A stretch of 64,000 bases of DNA from NCBI RefSeq assembly GCF_006345805.1, contig NC_043006.1:26102001-26166000 (forward strand), written 5' to 3'. A program made the position numbers and the translations under genes. The notes beneath the pieces are model-generated. The model was not told the origin of the DNA. It worked only from the letters and a program-made list of their open reading frames with translations, and ran no database searches. Below, one piece after another: positions 63,511 through 64,000 of this stretch. Position 1 is the first letter of the stretch. The number at the start of each line of letters is the position of its first letter. This stretch comes from Octopus sinensis. Lineage: Eukaryota.

Positions 63511-63681
63511 CTTCATCTTCACAGGAATTTATCCCCCATCTTTTCAAATATACTCTAGCTTCTAAAACATTTTGAAAGAATGTGAAATATCTTGACAGAC
63601 AGGGAGAGGGAAAGAGAAAAGGAAAAAAAAGGTAGCTTCAGAGTGCATCAAGACCAGATGGGATAGAGCAATTGGATATAT

Positions 63682-64000
63682 GTGCGGACGTGGCTGTGTG
63701 GTAAGAAGCTTGCTTCCCAACCACATGGTTCTGGGTTCAATCCCACTGCGTGACATCTCGGGCGTCTTCAAGTATAACCTTGGGCTGACCAAAGCCTTGT
63801 GAGTGGATTTGATGGACAGAAACTGAAAGAAGCCTGTTGTATATATGGATATATATATTTATGTGTTTGTGTGTCTATGTTTGTCGCCTCCACCATCACT
63901 TGACAACTGACGTTGGTGTGTTTACGTCCCTGTAACTTAGTGGTTTGGCAAAATAAGTCCTGGAGTCGATTAATTCAACTAAAGGTGGTGCTCTAGCATG
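63682..64000 (+). mobile_element. SINE family A (runs off the window end)
   Basis: gtggctgtgtggtaag...gggttcaatccc head, followed by the family A body. Confidence 0.85.

Noticed and set aside
63525-63640. Strong acceptor tttctttctcttcatcttcacag as a possible downstream exon of the 60.2-kb gene
   Set aside because: All three frames hit stops before a usable donor; it abuts an antisense LINE fragment

Overview
AT-rich, microsatellite-rich eukaryotic DNA, most likely from an octopus (inferred from the tRNA-derived SINE families, RTE 3' tails and MITE families; no database search was possible). Nearly every ORF in the supplied track is a transposon relic or a microsatellite or antisense artefact. 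Recognisable decayed elements: mariner/Tc1 (4), a Chapaev3-like transposase, Helitrons (one helicase-bearing, one complete non-autonomous, several 3' stubs), RTE, CR1/Jockey-like and RLE-type LINE fragments, a Penelope-like RT, an LTR family, and piggyBac-, hAT- and Merlin-type MITEs. Many have TSDs that can be read directly. No complete host gene can be assembled. However, four CpG-retaining blocks (about 2.3-5.9, 32.0-33.9, 40.4-44.3 and 59.6-62.4 kb) carry promoter motifs and splice donors, and one has a plausible first coding exon (MGKPKRKQQEDD, 60198-60235). The best leads are: (1) five GG..CC MITEs with 8-bp TSDs and internal TTAGGG repeats, plus a foldback element whose spacer holds a Merlin-like transposase fragment; (2) a hammerhead-ribozyme-like fold in a Penelope-type terminal repeat; (3) a perfect 202-bp inverted repeat with a triplicated segment next to an E2F/CHR promoter signature; (4) two RTE-tail elements with the same 5' start. 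I found no evidence strong enough to claim a new biological system. Family names come from motif recall and need confirmation.
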